From assembly GCA_963662545.2 (NCBI GenBank), contig CAXXLL010000002.1, positions 2,176,001 through 2,240,000 on the forward strand: a stretch of DNA of 64,000 nucleotides. The letters run 5' to 3'. This document shows positions 58,721 to 64,000 of the stretch, piece by piece. The notes beneath the pieces are model-generated. The model did no database searches, was not told the DNA's origin, and worked only from the letters and a program-made list of their open reading frames with translations. Source of the stretch: Gammaproteobacteria bacterium (lineage in GTDB: Bacteria; Pseudomonadota; Gammaproteobacteria; Ga0077536). How positions within the stretch are numbered: position 1 is the first letter of the stretch; every line of letters begins with the position of its first letter. Position numbers and translations under genes: made by a program.

Positions 58721-60319
58721 TTAATCTTCGCGATTGCAGATGATCGATATGCGATAGAGCGCAACGCGGTCGCTCGCCCCTTCCGGCATCGCCCGAACCT
58801 CCTCGAGGTGGTAGCGACCGGCCAACTCGGCACGACGCCGGGCGAGGGTCAGTACGTACAAAGCGGGACCGGCAATCTCGTCGAGTGCCCGCTCGAGTTC
58901 GTCCATGTTGCGCAGTCGCGGAATCATCCGCCCGGATTCGTAGACGTAGACCGCCGGCGTGAGGTCGAGGCTTACCAAGGGGACGTCGGGCGCGATGTCC
59001 ATATTGATCGATCGCGCGAGCGCCTGTTTGTTTCGCCGATCGGCGCTCCAGAAAACCTCAGCGTCGGCAAATCCAGCGAAACAACTGGCGACCACCACCA
59101 CGAGTGCTACCGCCACGCCGCTGAACGGCGCGACGCTCAGCCTGCGGCCCAGCAATCCCGCAACGATCGCCGCACCTACCCCCGCCACCAGGACGGTTGG
59201 CCGTGCGTCATCGAGGTACAGCCAGCTTGCCGCGCCTAAAACGACGGCGGCCTGCACGGCGAGTACGATGAAAAAGACGGGCCCTCCTGCGGCGAGCATC
59301 CGTTCGACGCCACGCCCGGCGAGCAAGCACATGATCGGGAGCAGGGGCAACAGATAGAAGTACCGCTGCTGCCCACCTAAACTGAACACTAAGACGGCCA
59401 CCAGAATAGTCGTAGCCAGAAACATGCAGGCTTCGCGGCCTTCGTCGTGCGCGCGCAGGGCGATGATCCACGCCACCGGCATCAAAGGCAGCCACGGCAG
59501 CACCAATTGCAGCGGCCGATAGAGATAATATCCATTCAACAAGTGCTGGAAGTCCGGCACCAGCAGGCTGCCGGCCAGTTGGAAACTGACGACCTGCTCA
59601 CCCGCAAGCCCCTGCTTGAGCAACCACCACCACGGTATCGTCAGCGCCGCCAGCAGGGCGAGCCCTCCGATCGGTTTCAATAACCACAAGCCAACGAGTC
59701 CTCGGCCCTGAACGAACGCCAGGAACAGACCCGATGCCACCAGCAACATCGCCGGGACCTGCGGCCCTTTCGTTAGGATCGCGAACGCATACGCCACCCA
59801 CATCAAGTAGATCCAACCGGCAAAAGCTCGCGCTCGGGTGAGCGTCGCCAGCATGAAACTGCCGACACCCGCCGTGCAGAAGAAAGCATAGACCAGCTCC
59901 GGGCGCGCATCATGCGCGTAGCTGAAGAAACCCGCGCTCGTAGCAAACAGACCGGCACCGTAGAGGGCAGCGCGACCGCCGAAAAAGCGCGAACCGACGG
60001 TCGTCATTATCGCAAGAAGGCCGATTCCGGCGAGCAGCGAGGGCAGCCTGCCGTGCCATGGTTCAACGCGGTCGGAGGACCCCGCCACCGCGGCGGCCAA
60101 CCCGGTTAACCAGTAGCTCATCGGCGGCTTGTTGAGACGCGGTTCACCGTTGAAATACGGCACGATCCAGTCGTCCCTTTCATGCATTTCCTGGCTGGTT
60201 CGCAACACCAGTACTTCGTGATCATCGGCAGGCAAGCTTGTCATTGCGGCGCTGCCCAGCACCGCGCCCAACACGATGACGAATAGCACGCCGGGCAGCG
60301 ATGCTGCGTTCTTCGTCAT
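58721..60319 (-). CDS. ArnT-like GT-C glycosyltransferase (PMT_2 family)
   Basis: HE...SQEM...DWIVPYFNGEPRLNKPPMSYW, LTKGP, many TM helices. Confidence 0.88.
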   Translation of the reverse strand: MTKNAASLPGVLFVIVLGAVLGSAAMTSLPADDHEVLVLRTSQEMHERDDWIVPYFNGEPRLNKPPMSYWLTGLAAAVAGSSDRVEPWHGRLPSLLAGIGLLAIMTTVGSRFFGGRAALYGAGLFATSAGFFSYAHDARPELVYAFFCTAGVGSFMLATLTRARAFAGWIYLMWVAYAFAILTKGPQVPAMLLVASGLFLAFVQGRGLVGLWLLKPIGGLALLAALTIPWWWLLKQGLAGEQVVSFQLAGSLLVPDFQHLLNGYYLYRPLQLVLPWLPLMPVAWIIALRAHDEGREACMFLATTILVAVLVFSLGGQQRYFYLLPLLPIMCLLAGRGVERMLAAGGPVFFIVLAVQAAVVLGAASWLYLDDARPTVLVAGVGAAIVAGLLGRRLSVAPFSGVAVALVVVVASCFAGFADAEVFWSADRRNKQALARSINMDIAPDVPLVSLDLTPAVYVYESGRMIPRLRNMDELERALDEIAGPALYVLTLARRRAELAGRYHLEEVRAMPEGASDRVALYRISIICNRED

Positions 60320-60367
60320 GCGGGAATTAAGCGCCGCTCCGGCAGCGGTTGTACGCGCGTGGTTCCA

Positions 60368-62167
60368 TCATTGCGCCGCTTGCGCCGGTGGCACGACCGA
60401 CGATGCCGCTTCGGCTTGCATCAATCGCTCGAGGTCGGACCGCGCGGCGGCTACCATCGACAGCAGTTTCTCTTGATCGTCACGGACCGCGTGAAGCTCG
60501 AGAAGCGTCTGTTCGTCGTGCGCTTCGAACAGCAGGCCGGCCTGATGCGCACGGTCATGGTCGAATCCCAAATTCGTCAAGGCCTTGACCCCTGTGTTGA
60601 GCGCCGCGGCGAATGTCTCGCGTTCAAAACACTCGACCCCGCGATCCAGCATTTCGTAAGCCTGTGTGCGTGCACGCACTCGGACGATCATCGGCAGTTG
60701 CGGAAAGTGCTCGCGCGCGAGGTCGACAAGGCGCAGTGTTGCTTGCGGGTCATCCAGCCCGACAACCAACAGGCGGGCCGATCCTGCCGCCGCCGCCCGC
60801 AGCAGATCAAGCCGGGTTGCGTCACCGTAGTACACGGTGTGACCGAAGCGGCGCAGGAGTTCGATCTGATCCGGATCGTGATCGATGACCGTAGTTTCGA
60901 ATCCGTTGGCGTTGAGTAGGCGGCCGACGATCTGACCGAAACGGCCGAACCCCGCGATGATGACGGGATGCCGCGCACCGTCGATCACGTCGGGCTCTCG
61001 CGCCTGCCGACCGAGGCGCCACTTCACCACCGCTTCGGCGGCGCCGAGCGCAACGGGCGTCAGGATCATCGACACGACGATCACCGCGGTCAGTAAATCA
61101 ACGATGGATTGCTGCATTACGTCGGCCGCGGCGGCGGCGCCGAACACCACGAAACCAAATTCGCCGCCCTGACACAGCAAGGCGGCGAGCCGCCAGCGCT
61201 GATGATTTTCGAGACCCAGGCGGCCCGCGAGCACGAACAACACCCCGAACTTCGAGACCATGACGACGGCGGTCAGCCCCAGTATGGTCAGCGGTGCCTC
61301 CAGGCACAGGCCAACGTCCATCGACATGCCGACCGCCATGAAGAACAGGCCCATCAATAAGCCTTTGAATGGTTCGATCTCGATTTCGAGTTCGTGGCGG
61401 TACTCCGATTCCGCGAGTAATACGCCGCCCATGAACGCGCCGAGCGCCATCGACAGGCCGACCGCGTCCACCAAGAGCGCCAATCCAATAACGATCAAAA
61501 GCGACAAAGCGGTGAAGAGTTCGCGCGAGCGGCTGGCGGCGACGATGCGGAAAAGCGGACGCGCGAGGCGCGGCCCGACTACCAGAATCGCCCCGACCAG
61601 AGCGATCGCCTGGGCGATATTCATCCAGACTTCGGCGGGCGCCAGCGGCGTGGTCCGGCTGCCGAGTATCGGAATAATGGCCAGTAGCGGGATCACCGCG
61701 ATGTCCTGGAACAACAATACCGAGAACGCCGTTTTCCCCGTAACAGTCTCGATCCACTGGCGTTCCTCCAGCAACTGCAATACGAAGGCCGTCGAAGACA
61801 GCGCCAGGACCAGGCCCACGACGACCGCACTGCGCAGCCCCAATCCGAACGCATAGGCGAAAGCGGCGAGGACGAGCGCGCTCGCGACGAGCTGCGACAC
61901 GCCGGCGCCGAGAATGGCGCGTCGCAGTTCCCACAGCCGCGCTGGCTTGAGCTCGAGACCGATCAGAAAGAGCAACAGCACGACACCGAATTCCGCGAAA
62001 TGCAGGATCACATCGCCGTCCGGAATGATGCTGAGACCCCAGGGTCCGATGGCTAGTCCGGCGAGCAGATAGCCGAGAACCGAACCCAAACGCAGCCGCT
62101 TCGCAATCGGCACGATCACGACGGCAGCGAGAAGAAAAACCATGACGCCGCCGAGAATAACTTCCAC
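60368..62167 (-). CDS. kefC: CPA2 K+/H+ antiporter, KefB/KefC-like, with KTN domain
   Basis: LGSVLGYLLAG, LLFQDIAVIP, ESEYRHELE..IEPFKGLL, IIAGFGRFGQIVGR, YYGDATR. Confidence 0.9.
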   Translation of the reverse strand: MEVILGGVMVFLLAAVVIVPIAKRLRLGSVLGYLLAGLAIGPWGLSIIPDGDVILHFAEFGVVLLLFLIGLELKPARLWELRRAILGAGVSQLVASALVLAAFAYAFGLGLRSAVVVGLVLALSSTAFVLQLLEERQWIETVTGKTAFSVLLFQDIAVIPLLAIIPILGSRTTPLAPAEVWMNIAQAIALVGAILVVGPRLARPLFRIVAASRSRELFTALSLLIVIGLALLVDAVGLSMALGAFMGGVLLAESEYRHELEIEIEPFKGLLMGLFFMAVGMSMDVGLCLEAPLTILGLTAVVMVSKFGVLFVLAGRLGLENHQRWRLAALLCQGGEFGFVVFGAAAAADVMQQSIVDLLTAVIVVSMILTPVALGAAEAVVKWRLGRQAREPDVIDGARHPVIIAGFGRFGQIVGRLLNANGFETTVIDHDPDQIELLRRFGHTVYYGDATRLDLLRAAAAGSARLLVVGLDDPQATLRLVDLAREHFPQLPMIVRVRARTQAYEMLDRGVECFERETFAAALNTGVKALTNLGFDHDRAHQAGLLFEAHDEQTLLELHAVRDDQEKLLSMVAAARSDLERLMQAEAASSVVPPAQAAQ

Positions 62168-62339
62168 TTAATGCTCCGATTGCGTGCCGCAAAAACCAGT
62201 ATGACACGCTTTCGCGGAGCCACGGTCTGAGGTCCGTACGCGTGAGTGTTGCGGGCGAGGTGTTATGTTTTGGGTCGGTCAGGATCGCTTTCTTCGCCCG
62301 CTTGCTGGCGAATAGCCGCCGCCGCGCACTTGAAACAGT

Positions 62340-63536
62340 TCAGAAGAAGCGCAGCAATTCCAGCTGCACGTAATCATCGCGATGTAGGGAACGCAGCGGA
62401 TCGGTCTTATCGACGTCGAGCAAGAGCCTGAGTTCGAGTTCTACCTTCCAGAAATCGCCGAAACGCCGGCTCGCTTCGATGTTCAGAAAATACCCGCCGC
62501 CATTCAGATCCGACACGATGCCGGAGAGCAGTTGACTGTCGGCCGCATCGTTGATGGCAATGCGCGAACCGACGAATACGTCGTTGTTGAACGCGGCCGG
62601 CGCGCGCCGGCCGCGTTCGTCGAAATGGTATTCGCCGAGCACGCCCAAGTCGACGCTGGTGCCGAGAAAGCCGACGAAGGTGTATTCATATCCACCCACC
62701 GCCGCGGCGTACGTCTCGCCCTGTCCCTGCCGCCGCAGGGCCTCGAACTTGAGCAGCCAGTTGCCGAGGGTCGCCTGCAGATCCGTACCCGATTGATGAA
62801 TGACGTCGTAAATGGGTGCCAGGATCGGTTCGCCCGCCGCTGTCCGCTCAACGGCGAACCGGGGCTCACGACTGGTGCCCCAGAAGTGGTAAAGGCCGAC
62901 GTCGAAAACGCCGAAGTAGTGCGAATACCGCGCTGCGTAGTCCACATGATTCTGCTCGGCCGCGGATTCGTACTCCGCGGCGCTGGTATCGACGCGCAGC
63001 GGAGACTGAAAGCGCCCGTCGCGACCGGGGAAACTGCGCTCGCGAAATCCGGGCAACACGAACAGGTCGACAGTCCCCCAATCTCGAACATAAGCCAAAT
63101 TCACCATCGGTTGACCGAACTTGTCCTCCTGATCGAGATTTTCCACCAGATCGGTCTGATTGACGATGTCCACCAGGTGATTGGACTCGGCCACGCCCCA
63201 GAACAGCCTGCGTAACCCGAAGCGAAATTCCCAACTCTCTGCGGCGTATATGTAGGTCAGCTCACGGACGTCATAATGCGTACGCCGGGTGTCGTTCTGG
63301 TCGAGGCGGACAAAGGGCACGAACAGGAAACTTTGATCGCCGTCGTCCCACTCGAAGTAGACCTCGGGCTTGAATGACAAACTGCCGGTGGCGCCGCTGA
63401 GATCGGGACCGCTGGGGTCCTGAAAGAAAATGCGCGTTTCGGTGCCGACGTGGCCGCTGATCTCAAAATCCGCCGATACGGCGCCCATCCATACCGGGGT
63501 GCAGCAGAGAAGCCTCGTGATGAACGATCGAATCAA
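62340..63536 (-). CDS. Putative outer-membrane beta-barrel protein
   Basis: Signal-like N-terminus, alternating aromatic beta-strands, FWGVAESNHLVDIVNQTD, C-terminal Phe. Confidence 0.7.
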   Translation of the reverse strand: MIRSFITRLLCCTPVWMGAVSADFEISGHVGTETRIFFQDPSGPDLSGATGSLSFKPEVYFEWDDGDQSFLFVPFVRLDQNDTRRTHYDVRELTYIYAAESWEFRFGLRRLFWGVAESNHLVDIVNQTDLVENLDQEDKFGQPMVNLAYVRDWGTVDLFVLPGFRERSFPGRDGRFQSPLRVDTSAAEYESAAEQNHVDYAARYSHYFGVFDVGLYHFWGTSREPRFAVERTAAGEPILAPIYDVIHQSGTDLQATLGNWLLKFEALRRQGQGETYAAAVGGYEYTFVGFLGTSVDLGVLGEYHFDERGRRAPAAFNNDVFVGSRIAINDAADSQLLSGIVSDLNGGGYFLNIEASRRFGDFWKVELELRLLLDVDKTDPLRSLHRDDYVQLELLRFF

Positions 63537-63658
63537 GGTCGCGGATTGCCATTTCTACTAACCGCGACTTTAACATAGACTTTTTAAATTAGTAAGTTAC
63601 TTATATTATCTAATACTAGTTCTAACTTTAAAAATCAGTCTTAAGTCAACTATTTAGT

Positions 63659-64000
63659 TCAACCCGACCCAAGGCGATCGAGCGCCGCGCGAGCCTCTTC
63701 AAGGCCCTTGAACTCGACGTTTGATTCAACCGCCTTGCTGAGATGATCCCGCGCCTGGACCTCGTTGCCCTGCGCCAAATAGGCCATGCCGAGGTGATAG
63801 CGCATGATCGCGGCATTGGGCGCTGCGTCCACCGCTTTTTCCAAAAACAGGACTGCCTGCTCATTTTCGCCGAGTCTGTATTCCACCCAACCGACCGTAT
63901 CAAGATAGGCCGGCTGAGCGGTATTGCGCAAAGGCGTCACGAGATCCCGCGCGCGCTGCCAGCTGTCCTTATCCTCCCGGTATTCGATGAGAAGCATGGC
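63659..64000 (-). CDS. TPR-repeat protein, C-terminal part (runs off the window)
   Basis: YLDTVGWVEYRLG..AV..LEKAV..P...RYHLGMAY..G..AR..L.KA. Confidence 0.85.
   Translation of the reverse strand, partial: AMLLIEYREDKDSWQRARDLVTPLRNTAQPAYLDTVGWVEYRLGENEQAVLFLEKAVDAAPNAAIMRYHLGMAYLAQGNEVQARDHLSKAVESNVEFKGLEEARAALDRLGSG

Overview
GC-rich (roughly 60%) bacterial chromosomal segment, most likely from a gammaproteobacterium. It lies at the replication terminus: a near-canonical 28-bp XerC/XerD dif site is at 4004-4031, and most genes to its right point toward it. Content is mainly accessory and catabolic metabolism: a soxC/soxD-like-tauE-sqr sulfur oxidation block, two amidases, an AhpD-like gene coupled to a class III nucleotide cyclase with non-canonical specificity residues, a propionyl-CoA/methylmalonyl-CoA operon (mcm-pccB-pccA-meaB-mce), three LLM oxidoreductases, pyruvate kinase, a quinohemoprotein PQQ dehydrogenase, an FrhB-like flavo-FeS gene coupled to 2-oxoacid:ferredoxin oxidoreductase alpha/beta, a Doc-like TA pair lacking the catalytic His, KefC-like and ArnT-like genes. 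There are three full copies and one partial copy of a 1.7-kb ISNCY-type (ISRm17-like) element inserted at TAGCTA-like sites. Elements missed by the ORF track include: a probable secreted HMA-domain selenoprotein (GMT-UGA-GSC followed by a SECIS-like hairpin, 35093-35401), a relic integron-cassette array with degenerate attC-like sites, REP-like palindromes bounding two low-GC islets, a 33-bp minimal MITE, and a candidate 3'-UTR sRNA. Several local tandem duplications and small deletions look like long-read consensus errors, so single-base claims need read-level checking.
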